A stretch of DNA of 64,000 nt, from positions 35,156,001-35,220,000 of the forward strand of contig CM052817.1 in assembly GCA_028534125.1 (NCBI GenBank), read 5' to 3'. The position numbers and the translations under genes are program-made. The stretch comes from Lama glama (Eukaryota). Below are positions 1-13,945 of this stretch, piece by piece (position 1 is the stretch's first letter; each line of letters starts with the position of its first letter). Under the pieces are notes generated by a model. That model searched no databases, was not told where the DNA came from, and was given only the letters and a program-made list of their open reading frames with translations.

Positions 1-420
1 TCTTAGTACATTTAAAATGTCATGCAGCCATCACTGCTATCTAATTTTAGAACATCTTCATCACCCAGAAGACAAATCAATACCTGTTAGCCATCACTCC
101 CCAGTCCTCCCCTCCCAATAGCTTCTAGCTGTTTTGGTCCTCTACTCTTGTCTTTTCCAGAATGTCACATAAATGGGATAATACAATATGTGGCCTTTTA
201 TCACTGGCTTATTTCGCTTAACATGTTTTAAGGCTCATCCGTATTTTGTAGCATGAATAAGTACTTCATTCCTTTTCGTGGCTGAATAATATTGAATTGT
301 ATGAAAATATACCACATTTTGTTAATTCGTTCATCAGTTGATGGACTTTGGATTGTTTCTACCTTTAAACTGTTATCCATAATGCTGCTATGAACATTTG
401 TATACAAGTTTTTGTGTGGC
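1..420 (-). mobile_element. Old L1 (L1MB/L1MC-type) 3' end fragment
   Basis: Antisense L1 3'UTR text such as cattttgttaattcgttcatcagttgatggac and atgaacatttgtatacaagtttttgtgtgg. Confidence 0.85.
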
Positions 421-989
421 GATTCCACAGATTTTAAACTCGGTTTGTTACAATAAAAGTATTATTTTTGTAAAAAGGGAAAATAGTGGGAAAAAAGGAT
501 TAGAGAAGTGATCATGGTGAGATAGTATTGTCACTAAAGATTCAATTAAGAAATAGGCCTTATAGGATGAGTCAGGTTATATAAAAACATAAAGTTGGGT
601 GGTGGGGGTTATTTCAGATGATAGGAGAGCATGAGGAAAGGAAAAAAGACTGTCTGGAGCCAAGGTTTTGTGCCAGAAAGTGGTAGAAAATAAAGATTAT
701 AAGCAGATCAAGGGTGAATGACAGAGGGTCTTAAATGCCAAGCAGAGGTGTAGGAATGGGCAGTAGGAAGACTATGATCTTTAATCCAAAGAGTAGTATA
801 ATAAATGTGATGCTCTAAGGATATTTACCTATAGCAGTATGTAGAATGTATTAAAATGTGGAGAGTTTGTGAGAGGAATACCAGCAAGAAGGCAATTGTA
901 ACAGATTCATAAGGTGACTAGTGAAAGTGAAAAGGAAGGAATAAGTGCAAGTAACACTGCCTGCATTACGGTAGAGGGGCCACCCCAAC

Positions 990-1748
990 AACTTTTTTGA
1001 AGAAATAGAAAAATCCATCCTAAAATTCATATGGAATCTCAAGAGACTCGAAATAGCCAAAACAATCTTTGAAAAGAACAAAGTTGGAGTTCTCACACTT
1101 GCTGATTCCAGAACTTACTACAAAGCTACAGTAATCAAAACTGTGTGGTACTGCCATGGAGACAGACTTATAGACAAATAGAATAGGATAGAAGGCCCAG
1201 AAATAAGCCCTCACATAAGTGGTCAGATGATTTTTAACGGAGGGGAAAGGACATTCAATGGGGAGAGGACAATCTTTCCAAGCAAATGGTGTAGGAAGAC
1301 GAGATATCCACATGCAAAAATGAAGTTGGACATTACCTCACAGCATTGACAGATGAATGGATGAACAAAATTTGGGATATACATATAATGGCATGTTACT
1401 TAGTCTTTAAAAGGAAGAAAATTCTGATGCATGCTGCAATGTGAATGAACCTTGAAAACATTAAGTGAAAGAAGCCAGCCATAAAAGGACAAATATGGTA
1501 TGACTCCACTTACTTGATACACCTAGAATAGTCAAATTCCTAAAGACAGGAAGAATGGTGGTTGCCAGGACCTAGGGGTGGGGGGAGCAGGGAGTTACGG
1601 TTTAAAGGGTACAGAGTTTCAGTTTGAGATGAGAAGAAGTTCTGGAGGTGGATGGTGGGGAATGTATTTAGTGCCACTAAACTGTACACTTAGAAATGGG
1701 GTTAAAATGGTGAGTTTTATGTTAGTATATTTCACCACAATAAAAAAT
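990..1748 (+). mobile_element. L1MB-type fragment: decayed ORF2 joined across an internal deletion (~1343) to the 3'UTR
   Basis: Translates to [15 protein letters not shown]...[13 protein letters not shown]1MB 3'UTR ends in caccacaataaaaaa. Confidence 0.9.
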
Positions 1749-1928
1749 AGTAGATATGCAATAAATGTTTACTGAATGACTAAATGGTTAAAAAGTCAAC
1801 AGGATTTGATAAGGTGAATGAAAGGTAGGGACAAAGGTGACTACGATGTTTCAAGTCTTAGTGGTACAACAGACAGACTTTGGGAAATGGTAGGGATGTT
1901 GATTGATTTGCTTTCACGTGACATCCTT

Positions 1929-2062
1929 CTTTTTTTTTTTTTTTTTTTGGAGGGAAGGTAATTAGGTTTATTTATTTATTTTTTGGAGGAGGTACTGGGG
2001 ATTGAACCCAGGACCTTGTGCATGCTAAGCGTGTGCTCTACCACTTGAGCTATACCTTACCC
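1929..2062 (-). mobile_element. Camelid tRNA-derived SINE (Vic-1 type)
   Basis: Reverse strand reads gtatagctcaagtggtagagc...gggttcaatcccc (A/B boxes), cctaattacc tail and poly(A). Perfect 14-bp TSD cacgtgacatcctt at 1915-1928 and 2063-2076. Confidence 0.92.
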
Positions 2063-3519
2063 CACGTGACATCCTTATATATATGACAAGTGGGAAAGTT
2101 GGAGTAGACAATTAGAGCTTAGATGGAAGATTAAGGCTGAAAATAACAGACTTAGAAATTACCATAGTGGTACTATTAGGGCCAAGGGAGCTCTCTGATT
2201 TTTCCCAGGCATTAACGGGGAATTAAGCACCTACTGCCTCTACTCCACCCTCCCCTCTTATTCATAGGGTAGCATCCTATTGTGTTTTAGGGCATATTTT
2301 CAACAATTCATTGACATTGTAGACTTATAATAAAATTGACTTTTAAGGTGTCTTCATACTGTGGACTTTACAATAATTAAAATGTCTCACCCTGTTTTCA
2401 TTTGACAGGTAAAAATGCAAGATTATGTGCTTGAAAAGATACAGTGGGAGCAGGGGAAGAATTATATAATCTCTTATTAACTCCTATCTGACCAGATGCC
2501 ATAAAACAATAAATCTTAGGGTATTTGTCAAGCCAAGGCTTTCATCAAAAGCAGATAAGACATCTAAAGCTGGAGCTGCCTGGATTTACATTAACAATTG
2601 AAGGATTATGTTTAGGAACACTGAAAAGTTACAGAACTAGAAACTTGAATTTTGTGAGATGTCTGTGGAAAGATTATTTTGAAGGTTTTTTAAAAAAATT
2701 ATTTGGAGGAACAAGAAATAGATTAGCATGATTTGTAGTGCTCTAGACTCATTAAATACCAGTTCACGTCCCTATCAGTAAAGCTAAGTTCATTGAGGAA
2801 TGGAATTGCTCTTTCTGAACAAAGGTATCAAGACAAACCACTTGTCTAGAAGTCGTAATCACACGAGTATACAGCCTCTCTGAACAGTGGCAGCAAAGTA
2901 CTAACTGAAGGTCATACTTCAAGTGCTCAGTGTAGAAAGGACAGTCCTGTCCTGAGTCTGTTCAGCCACTCCCACACCCACTAGTGCTAATCATTAACAG
3001 TGTACTTAGCTTTTAAAACAAAGGTCTGAGCAACTATAAAGGAAAAAGATTGATAGATTTGACCATAGGAAGTCTGACCATATTGTAACTTTTGTGCTAC
3101 AAAATATACCATGAAAATAGTTTAAAAGCAGAGAGGAAAAGTATTTGCAACATAAGACAGGTGGTTTACATTCTAGATAATAAAAAGTGCATAATATTGA
3201 GACTGTTTTCTCCCCGTTAGAGAGAGAGAGAGAAAGTTAGTTGCTGGTAAGGGTGCGGGGAAATATACTTTAATACCTTTGTGTGAATAAATAATTTAAA
3301 GAGAGCCAGGCATGAACCACTGATGAATATGAGTAATGTAAATTTTTATACCTAAGGTCCATTTATTTGCACGTAAGCTCCTATAAAAAAGTGGTAAGAA
3401 AAATGGACCACAGGTGCAAAGAATTTGATTAATTATAATTTTTGACTCATGACTCACTGTCTTGTTAGTAAATGCAGTTTCACATAATCACTTTTTTGGT
3501 CGCTGCCTAGTATTGATCA

Positions 3520-4680
3520 TTTGAGTATAAAGCAGTATATTTCATCAGTTGCCTGTTGCTGAACATTTTAGATGGTTTCAAAATATTTAGTTTTATAGAT
3601 AATGCTATGTAACCGTTTTTGTATACTTTCCAAGTATTTTTTTGGGACTGAAATTGCTAGGTTAAAAGATATCTACATATATCTGTATGTATATAGATTG
3701 ACATCTAAATACAGATGTATATAGATAGATAGTTATATAAGTATAGTTATAAAGTATATAGAGATCTTTAAATGCAGCAATATATTATATGTAGTGGTAA
3801 ATTATAATATATTGACATATACTATATAATGTTCTAGGTGTCTCATAAAACAAACTACTCCAGAACACTCTCTACACACATATACACACACACATATATA
3901 GGTATCTTTTAACCCAGCAGTATATATAATGTTTTAGTTACCTAGTGCTATATAACAACCTATCCAAAACTTAGTACTTCAAACAACAGCATTTGAATTT
4001 GCAGTCTGGACAGGGCTCAGTTAGGATGGCTTATTTCTGCTCCATTTGACATTGGCTGAGGAGGCTGGAATCTTCTGAAGGTTTCCCTCTCATGGCTGGT
4101 GCTAGGCTGGGGAGAGTCAGACGGCTGGAAGTTGGAACAGCTGGGACTCCCTGGGCATTTTTCTCACTGTCCGTGGTCTTTTTAGTGTGTCCACTTCCCA
4201 GTAGCTCAACTCCTCACATGGCAGCTGCGGGCCGCAGAGGCTTGTGTCCCAGCAGAGTACCGGTAGAGGTGATGTGGCCTTTTCTCACTTAGCCTTGGAA
4301 TCCGTGCGACATCACTTCCAGTGTACAGGCCAGCGCAGGTTGGGGAGGACACATAGACCCCCACATCTCAGTAGAGGTGCATCGGCACCACACGGGGGAT
4401 GGTGGACTGTATTGGTGTGACCATCTTTAAATATAATCTGCTGCATACATTTTTAAGACTTTTGAATACACAGTGCCAAACAGCCACTTCAGATATTGTA
4501 TAGTGATGAAAATGATTATTTTGAAAAAGGAAATGCTAAACCAAGGGTATTATTATTTTTCATCTTTGCTAATCTGATCAGCAAAGATAGTGTCTCATTT
4601 TTTTAGTTTACTTTTTCATTGCTACTGAAGTATATTGGCCGTTTTTATTTATTTTGTGAGCTGTCTGTTCACATCTTTTA
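3520..4680 (-). mobile_element. Old L1ME-type 3' fragment, interrupted by an AT-rich block and an MLT1 LTR
   Basis: ttgctgaacatttagatggtttc...gaaattgctaggttaaaag on the left, resuming after 4450 (tttttaagacttttg...catctttgctaatctga). Confidence 0.6.
3930..4445 (-). mobile_element. MaLR LTR (MLT1G/H-like)
   Basis: Starts tgttttagttacctagtgctatataacaacctatccaaaacttagt, with typical MLT1 body (cctcacatggcagc, gccttggaa...catcacttcc). Confidence 0.8.
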
Positions 4681-4717
4681 TAGAAATAATAAGATAGTCA
4701 TAATATCTGAAATTTTT

Positions 4718-5050
4718 TTGTTATAGTATAGTAGATTTACAGTGTTGTGTTAGGTTCTGGTGTGCAGTATAGTGATTCAGTTATACATATATATTTTCTT
4801 TTTCATATTCTTTTTTATTATAGGCTATTACAAGCTATTGAATATAGTTCCCTGTGCTATACCATAGGACCTTGTTATTTATCTATTTTATATATAGTAG
4901 TTTGTATCTGCTAATCCCAAACTCCGCCTTCCCCTTTGGTGACCATAAGTTTATTTTCTATGTCTGTGAATCTGTTTCTGTTTTGTAAATAAGTTCATTT
5001 GTGTCATTTTTAAAGATTGCATATGCAAATGATATCATATGGTATTTGTG
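4718..5050 (-). mobile_element. Artiodactyl L1 3' end, 5'-truncated
   Basis: atatagttccctgtgctata signature. Perfect 17-bp TSD taatatctgaaattttt at 4701-4717 and 5051-5067. Confidence 0.92.
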
Positions 5051-5399
5051 TAATATCTGAAATTTTTAATTAGAGTCTTAGAGAGCAGTTTCTTGAAACT
5101 TCCTCTTTTTACTGATAGGGAAACTGAGTCACAGAGTCCCAAGTTACAAGTTTCATAAATTCACATTTGATAGTAAACACTGGTTGGATGTGGCAGTGAT
5201 TGAAAGTAATTCATCGTTTGGAACTGTAGTGGGTTGAAAATAGTATCTCGGTAGAAATTTTGTAACCAGGAGCTCTGCCTCTATAAAAAAGATCCTACCT
5301 ATGTAATATCTCTTAGAAAAGATTTCAGTACTACTCTAAGGTACATCCCCAACTAAAGAGTACGTGGGTGACAAATTGCGTTTTTGCTTCCACTTAGTG

Positions 5400-6000
5400 A
5401 GTCAAGCACTGTATTGGGTCCTGGGTACACAGTGGTTTGTAAAACAGACTCTGTCCTCAGGCAGCTTGTCCTCTGCCGATAGCGATGGGCGTTAAACAGA
5501 TAGCCACAAAGACAAATACAAAATTCTAAGTTGCCATGAGCGTTGTGAAGGAACGGGGCAGGGTGCAGGAAGCATCGCATACGAGGGCTACTACTTAAAT
5601 ATCACCAAGGAAGTGACATTTCACCTGAACCCTGAGGGAGGAGTGGGAGACGTGGAAGCAAGAGTTAGGGGAAGGGTTTTCACTGAGGAGGCAAGGACCC
5701 ACAGAAAGGAGAGGACTTGTGTGTTTGAAGAACTGATAGGATCTTGGTGTGCCCCGGGGGAGCAGGCAAAGATGGAGCTGGAGAGGCAGGCAGGGCCACA
5801 GCAGGTGAGCCAACAGTAAGGATTCTGGCCCTTACTTGACCTACTTTGTTAAAAGATTCCTTGGCTACTGTGCAGAGAAAGGGCTGGAGTCGGTAAGCAT
5901 ATAAATGGATTGCAGTCGTCCGAGCAAAAATGAGAGTGTCTTGGACAAGGGTGCTGATGGCAGCTGGGCCAAAATGTGACGAGTATTTTCAGGTAGGGGT
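5400..6000 (-). mobile_element. L2 fragment
   Basis: caagcactgtattgggtcctgggtacacagtgg...gaggcaggcagggccacag, typical antisense L2 3' region. Confidence 0.65.
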
Positions 6001-7308
6001 TACTGGACTTCTGCTCCACATTTCAGCGCTGTCTGTGGTTCGGTCCACATCCCGGGGCCCCGGGGGCTTGGGCTTTCTTGACAGGGTCTCTTCCGAATCC
6101 ATCCGCTAAGTGTCAGAGCGACGTCAGTGTGGTCATGGTGCTGAGGCTGTCCAGAGCGAACCGTAGTTTTCTGATTTGATGCTCCAGCGGGCAAGGGAGG
6201 GAAGACCCCTTCTGGCGTGCTTTCTGACTCCTCTTTGGCTTCTCCCCACTTCCTGAAGCAGAGGAGAAGTAGCATGATGAAGGCCTAGGGTTTCTCAACA
6301 GAAGAGAATTGAGGGCGGTTGGAGCAGCTTAGAGGGAAATGGGAACAGCATCGAAATCCTCTCTTTTGCAGCCTTTTTATTCCCCTCTGCTTTATCAGAA
6401 CTTTCTATTTTCTCTGTTGCATCCTCTAAGAAAGAAAGTCCTTGTAAGAAAAGTTGCCTTCCATGAGGAAAAAAAAATAGATAGAAGCATCTTTGAACTA
6501 GAATCCTTATTTAATTACATTGATTCAGAGCCACAGACATGTACCAGGAAACTGCAGTGTCCCAGGCACTATGGTGAGCTGACATCTTATTTATCCCTCA
6601 CCCGGGCCTTGGAGGATGGGTGTCAAGTTCCGTTTACAGATGTGGAAACTGACCTTTCATGTAAAACATCAACATCTGCTCTCTGTTTTCATCAAAGAAT
6701 AGTAAAGAGAACCATCAAAACCTCTCTTTCCCCCAAGTTCAGTTGAAATGAACAAGGGCCTAACTCCCATCCAAGTGCATTTAAGGACTGGACCTATAGC
6801 AAATTCAGGTCATCTTTGCCCCTGAAAAAAAGGGGGGGGGGTCTAAATATAGAGATGAGATGAATTTTGTCAGGTCAGATTGACCACTGTGAAAACAAAG
6901 TCCGCCATCATCCAAGTCAGTTAGCCCTCAGCTCTGGGATGTCTTGGCCCCCACCCCCACTCCCTGCCCTAGTCCCCTCCATGTTAAGAACACAAGAACA
7001 CTAGACCATAATAAACGGCTTTGCCTTATAATTACCTCAAAACCTGTAGACTTCTGGGATAGAAACTCTTCTTAAAGGACAGAGGGACGTCTGCTCTGCT
7101 GATGTTAATGTATGAACTCAGACAGAAGCCGTGAGAAAGTATTAAATCTATGACTCTTACTCTAGAACTTTTAAAGAGCAATAAAATTCCAGATATTTTA
7201 ATTTTATTCATGTCGTTCGTATTGTTCATCATCTAACATGATCCAGGTGTATCCTAGGCTTCAAGAATACAGAGCTCTATGACGTAAGATTCATTTATTA
7301 AAATGATA

Positions 7309-7443
7309 GGGGAATGTATAACTCAGAGGTAGAGCGCGTGCTCAGCACGCATGAGGTCCTGGGTTCAATCCCTGGTACCTCTGTTAAATAAATAAGTAAA
7401 TAAATAAACCTAATTACCTCTCCCCAGACAAACAAACAAAAAG
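7309..7443 (+). mobile_element. Vic-1-type SINE
   Basis: ggggaatgtataactcagaggtagagcgcgtgctcagcacgcatgaggtcctgggttcaatccc...aaacctaattacctc. Confidence 0.9.
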
Positions 7444-8604
7444 ATAAACTATTTTGTTAGTAAAAATGTATACTGTTCTTCTACCAAAAGGTGTATGAAT
7501 GAGATCGTTCCCAACCTCAAGAAGCGGGGAAGATTGACGAGGATGCAGACAAGAAATACCCTGAGAGAGAGAGCACATGGTGGTTGGGAGGGGAGCATCT
7601 AGCACACAGTGGGGTAGGGGAGTGGGGCACCCCCAAGAGAGATTCCCTGGAGGAATAAGTAGGTTACACAGAAATTATCAACACAGTTTAGCTGAGTGTA
7701 TGTGCTTCACATTTTGCTCTGTTTGCCTCTTTCCTTGCTCACTAGAATCCTTGCTCCTAGAAGACCAGCCACAATTTTAAGCAGGGTGTAATAGCTGGGC
7801 TCAGTCATAGAGTTGCTCTTGCATTTAGCCAGCTGAATGCCTGATCGTGAAAAAGAAGATTCGTAGGTTGTATCTGCTGCTCTTTCGGCCTATTCCTGTA
7901 CATCTCAGAAACTTACTCTTACATTGCCTGCCCCCACCCCGATCCCGAGAGTTCCATTAGTGCAGCCATGACTCAGTCTGTCTGCACATCCACCACAGCT
8001 TGGGAGACATTCTGCTGCACTGTCAGCGTGATGGACAGGCCTGCATCAGGGCAGCGGCGGGGGGATGAGAGAGACAGAGGAGCTCAGATCGCCCAGTCAT
8101 CTGTTCAGCCTACCAGTCAAAGTCCATGCTTAGAGCAGGTGCCCTCTTCTTCCCTGTATCTGGTTGACATATGGAAAAGGGCAGACTAACCTAGAGTGCT
8201 CATGACATTTTCCTGCTCTTTATGGCTCTTCTTTCCAATGACTGCACATTATAGGGCTTTTGCTTTTTTCCGGGTCTGTTAACTCCCCTCTTTTTAACCT
8301 GGATGGATGGGTTTCTGTCCATTGCAACCAAAGGGCCTTGACTAATAAAATACTCAAAGCCTAAGTTTATGCATCTTTTTATCTGACCAGCAATCCAGTG
8401 GCTTAATTCTCCCAGGTAAATTTCTGTTCCCGAAATTCCATTGAGTTGAGTCTTGTAGAGGACGTTTCCTCTGCTTGGCTCAGTTAATTTTGAGCCGTCG
8501 AGGGAATGAGTGAAAGAAAGTAACCAAAGTGAGTGATTCCTCCCTCTTCTCTGCCCTTCAGTTCACGGGGGACTTTTGTTTCCAACTGGAAATCAGCATT
8601 TCTC

Positions 8605-8990
8605 TTATTCACTCAGTAAGTGAATATATAACCAGCAAGTGCTGTGTTCCAGCCATGGTTTATAGGCACTAGGAATGTGACAATAAATAAGACATGGACC
8701 TTGTCCTCCAGGAGCTCACAGTTTAGTGGGAAAGAATGACCAGTAAACCAGGGATTACAATACAGTAAAAATACAGCACAGCTATTTAGGAGAACACTGG
8801 GTGCTGTGGAAACACAGGTGCAGCACCTGGTCAGCCTTTGGAAGAGGACTAGGAGGCAGTCAAGGAAGGCTTCTTGTAGGAGCCGACACCTGACATGCGT
8901 TCTAGAAGGATGAGTTAGCCAGAGGAAGAAGCTGAAGAGGGTGTACCATGTTCATAATCTAACATAGGCCAAAACAGGAAAGTAAAAGAG
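8605..8990 (-). mobile_element. L2 3' fragment
   Basis: ggcactaggaatgtgacaataaataagacatggaccttgtcctccaggagctcacagtttagtggg. Confidence 0.7.
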
Positions 8991-9599
8991 AGTCAGGTTC
9001 TTTCATGCCAAATTATAATGTTTTTATATCAAGTTTTGTTCCCAAAAATTATCTTTCAGGGTAAAGAGAGTTGCCTTATATTCAGGTCTTTTAAACCCTT
9101 TTACATTATAGGGCACTCTCTCAATTACTTTATTTTAAACCACAAAAGAATTGTTTAGAAACACAATAGCCCGAAACTGTCTTTGTCACTGCTGGTTTGT
9201 ATGCTTATAGAGGTCATTTGACAAAGAGACAAAGAAATTCAATATAGATTTAGTAAGTATTTGGGGGCCGGGGCAGGGATGGGGAATGACTTCACAACTG
9301 CAAGTCTTGGATATCATTGCAAATAAGCCTTTTAAAGATCACTTTAAAATGAAACACAATTAGTGGTTACTTTGTGGAGATCATGAGTATACACCCACAG
9401 GATGAAGGGAAAAATAAAACTGTTCTTATTTTAAGCAAATGGATATTTGTGGCTTGAGGTAAAATTTCCAGTGATAACATCATGTACAGATGAAAAAATA
9501 TATTTCCAGTTTCAAGATAGTAAAGGAAGGCCATTTTCACATCCTTCTCCTTTTTCAGTTCCCCCAAATGATAAAGTGAACAAGAAACAGGAACTCAGA

Positions 9600-11185
9600 C
9601 TTCACCTTTGATGATGTTAGGAGATGTATGTAACCTTGAACTAGAATTTTTGAAGACTGAAAAGTGGCAGAGGAATGGTAAGAGAACAAGAAGGTCAAAC
9701 TCAAGTTCCCACAATACAGGCATCCAAAGAACCCCTGAAAATCTCGAAAATAAAGCATCGGGGACCACAGGAGATGGACAGGGTGGGAGGCCGAGAATAG
9801 GGGTTTTAGAAGAAAGTCTGTCCAAGGAGCTGTTGCACCCCAGTTCCCCACCCACATTTCACATGGACATGAAACCAGACTTCTCCCCCACACCCCTCAC
9901 ATAAAATCAGAAGTTTATTCCCTGGGGAAGGTAAACCAGAGGACCACCAGACTCAGACATCAGGCACAGAGGAGGTAGGAGTGAGGAGCCCTAGTCTGGA
10001 CACTTGACAGTGAATACCAGCAGCCTGGACAGCCCAGGGGACAGGTTAGAGGATCCACCTCTAGAGAAAATGAACTACCCCAGAGCAAAACCTGGAAATA
10101 CTGACATTTGGGAGTCCCTAACTTGGAGATGACCCAAGTGTCCCCCACGATCTATTCTCCCTTTCATCCTTTTTACTAATAGAATACTCTCAAGTTTCGG
10201 CAAGGAACAGGGCTGCCTAGGCAGAGACTACATTTCCCAGGCTCCCTTGCAGTGCAATGTGACCACCACAAACTAAATTCTTGAGCCCTGGGAGCAGCGT
10301 CTACTTCACTCTCTTGTCTTCCCCTTCCTCTCAGTCCTTTCAAAGGTGGGATGTGGATGTGGTGCTGGTGAGGCAGCCTCAGCCAGGCGGACCAGGCCTT
10401 GGAGGGACATACAGCAGCAAAACAGAATAGAAAGAGCAGCAGCAGCAGCTTGTCCTGCGCCACCCACCAACTGTGGCGTGTTAAGAGAGAGAGAGGTGAC
10501 CGCCTTCCTTGTATGAGCCATTGTATTTGGGGACCTCTTTGTTGTAGCAGCTTAGCCTGTAACTTAACTAATACACTATGTATATTTAAAAAAAAAAACA
10601 AAAACAGAAACCATCCTGGAGTTTTGCTCAAATACTTTATAGTGAAGCCTACCAGTTTGTATCACATGCTAGCTTCAAGACAGCTTTCTCACACTTCATT
10701 ATTAAATATGAATAGACAGCTAAGAATCACTAGACATTTGATTAAAGCATCTAGCATGAGCGGCTGAAACCAGAGTGAAGAAGCAGGGAAAGGGAACTCA
10801 AAGGAATGAGAAGCAATGCAGGGCAGGGAGCAGCAGAAAACTTCAAAGGAAACATGGTTAAATCCTCAGAGAGATAAGAAAAGATACTGCTGACATGAGA
10901 GAAGGAGTAGAATGATCGTCATTCAGAGAGTTAGAACTCTTGGAGGTTAATCATTTACAAAGTAGATAGTTCAGTAAAAGGGTTGGAAGATGAGATTACA
11001 GAAATTTCCCAGAAAGTAAAAGAAAGAATACAAAAGGTTGGGCAATGGTGAGAAAAAATAAGAAAAATGGACAGTATTTCAGTAAGCCCAATGTTTACTA
11101 ATATGAATTTCAGGAAGAGTGGGAAGACAAAATAATGAGGAAGAATATTCAAGAAATAAGCAAAAATAATTTGTTACTGATTTAT
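9600..11185 (+). mobile_element. HAL1 or old L1 5'/ORF1-like relic, interrupted by MLT1
   Basis: A-rich ORF1-like text: aatcctcagagagataagaaaagat...gggttggaagatgagattacagaaatttcccagaaagta. Confidence 0.6.
10176..10575 (+). mobile_element. MaLR LTR (MLT1I/J-like)
   Basis: agactacatttcccaggctcccttgcag near the 5' end; ends gccattgtatttgggg...gcagcttagcctgtaacttaactaataca. Confidence 0.75.
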
Positions 11186-13869
11186 AAAATGTCAGAGTTG
11201 AATAATATAGTATTTCCGGATTACTATATTAATTTAATTTAATATAGGCATAATTAAACTAATGTAATATTTTTAAGAACACATTTGACTGTATTTTAGC
11301 TACATCTCTAAAATATTATATATGTAAGTTGATCAAAAAGTCAAGGGATAGGAAGATAGTCTTCTTATTGGAAAAACGTGAGAGTGCCTATCTGAGATTC
11401 AGGACTACCTTATATTTGATATGTTCTGGAAACTTCAGCAGGTTCTGAAAGCAGAAGCAAAGACTGTGAAAGAGAGAGTAGCCCTGGCTCCCAGCAAAAC
11501 TCACGCAATGATGGGTCCCCAAAACTCGGAAGAGGGTTCATATGCTGCATATGCTGGCCATGATGTTATAGGTCTGATCATGATTCCCAAATTTCTGACC
11601 TGAGTGCTTGAGTAGTTTGTGATGCTGTTTCCTGAAGTAATCATAGATGTTACACATTTAGGAAAGCATGTGATGGGTTTAGTTTTATTTGGATTTACTG
11701 TCTTTGGGGTATCTGTGGGACATCCAAGTAGAGGTCTTATCCATGGATCTGAAAAACAAAAGCTTTAGGTAGCTTTGGGTATTTAAAAAATTCATTCACT
11801 CATTCATTCATACATGCATACCTTAGACAGAACTGAAATTCAGCTAGCATATTTGGCTCCGGGGGCTGTACTGGTTGCTAAAATTCTGAAATACTCGGTA
11901 CTCATTGGTAAATAGCACCTCTTCCAAACCCCACAAAGTCACCCCTTCCCACACCCGAGCTGTCCTAACCCTTCCTGTCCTAACCCATTCAGTCCTATTT
12001 GCAGCAACAGAAGGGGTAACATCTAGCCTAGAAGCAGCCTGTCCCAGCCCTGTATCTGTCCTGTCTGCTCTTACTGTTAAAGTTTTTATTTAACTGCTGC
12101 TTATAGCTCATGAAGGCCAAACGCATTTCCCACATATCCATGTGCTTAGTCTGTGTCCTGACCTTCCATAAATCTGTTGGTACCAGTCCTCTCCAAGTCT
12201 CCTCTGCCTCCAGCAATCAGAACTACTCTCTGCTCCCTGGCTCCCTGCATTTTCTCACCTTCATCTCTTTGGGCTCACTACTCAGAAAGACTTCTCTGAT
12301 TTCTGAGCAGTCTATGTTTTATTCATCCTTCAAGGCCAGTTCATTTCCCCCTTCTACCAGAAAGTCTTCTTTATCTAGAAATGATGATTTCCTCCTTGAA
12401 ATAACCATCCCCTTCCCATGTAACATATCATTTCCTATCTTACATTAGTGATATCTTAGTACTTTCTATAAGGTCTTTTTCATAGTGGATAGGCAACAGC
12501 AACTGTTGAGCGAATGAGAGTATGAATCTAAATTTAAGGACTCTCTACCAAGTACCACCGGTATATAGTTGCTAGCACTTTTCATCGTTTCTTTAGAATA
12601 TCTATGTGGTGTAATCTCAGATTCTCTCCAGATCTCCCTGTGCCTGATTTCTATATTTCATTACATGCCCCCCCAAGCCCCAAAATAAAACAGCAATAAC
12701 AAAAAACAAACAGATGAAGAAATGTTTGCTGATTTTCTGAACGAAGGCTTTTGATATTTTCAAGTTGTTTTCATCCCTCTTTAATAGTAAAAGGGTGATA
12801 GTAATTTTCCATTTTCTACATTGACTTAAATTTATCTCTCAGAAATGCTAGAGCAGAGCCTTTCTTCTAAGGAGGGTTACACTGTTCGCTCTGCTGCAGC
12901 AAATCAGGCTCCTATTGTGACATTGGCAACAGTGATGAGTCATTGCTTTGGCTGGGACAAAGTGTTTCCGGAAGTCAGATACAAGAGCAGAATACCTAAT
13001 ACTTTGCTACCTATAATCTCTCTCAAACACACTCTCCTATTGCCCTTCACAGAAGTGAAGTAAAAATCAAATTTCCAATGTTTGGTGGAGGTAGCAAATA
13101 ATTTGCACTAAAGGTCATTGATATATTTTCATGTATCTAAATCCTTTTACTTTTTCCCCTCTCTTCTTTTAAATAAGTTCGAGGTAAAATGTAGGCCATG
13201 GTGTGTTTCTCATGTAATGATGCCTCAGTCTGTTTTGCCCAGAAGCTGTGTCTGGCATTTGCTCTGGGTAGATATGATGGAGTGGAGGATGGACGGGGGG
13301 CATTGACAGAGGCCTGCAGGGTACCTAAGGCTGTGATGTCCAGTCCCAACCTCCTGGCCCAAGCACCTAGCCACATCTCTTCTTCAATGCTCAGAAAATC
13401 TTTATTTTGCCAGAGAGAGGGGAAATGAAACTTCCTTGAGATGCCGTTTTCCTATTCTCTGAAACTAGGAAATGCTGAATGGAACTGAAGTATCTCATCT
13501 CCTCCCTCTCAACTCCCTTATTTTTTCTTGATATCTTTTAATGAGGAGATGATATATTTTCACCTGGGGCCGTATGTGGGTGCTGAAGTGAAGTGAAGTT
13601 AGTTGACGAAGAGATAACTTCAGGGTCAGGAAGGAAGCAGGCACAGTACCATGGAGGGCAGTTCTGCCGTTTCATGAAGTGTTTCTTGGAGCAACTGTCA
13701 GGAGCAGAATCTTGAGTTGAATATTCCGTTGGCCGTTTTCTCCTTACTGGAATTAGAACTATGTCAAAAGCCAACCCAACTGTACCTGAACCTAACCTGA
13801 GTTGTGCTGGGGGGTTTGTGATCGTAACGTACCGAGTGCCCTGCTGGGCCGTGCATCCCCCCTGTTGCG

Positions 13870-13945
13870 ATGTCTCTGACTGGGATAACTTGCCAGCTGG
13901 GAGAGTATCATTTATTTGGTGGGGACACTTCAGTCAGCCCAGAAC
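13870..13945 (+). CDS. CRACD: Candidate initiating coding exon of a long CRACD isoform (MSLTGITCQLGEYHLFGGDTSVSPE + 1 nt)
   Basis: ATG at 13870 with G at -3 and an in-frame TGA upstream at 13819-21. 25 open codons plus 1 nt, then donor AAC|GTAAGT at 13945/13946. Phase 1 matches the acceptor at 32935 (C+AC = His). No homology confirmed for this peptide. Confidence 0.55.
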
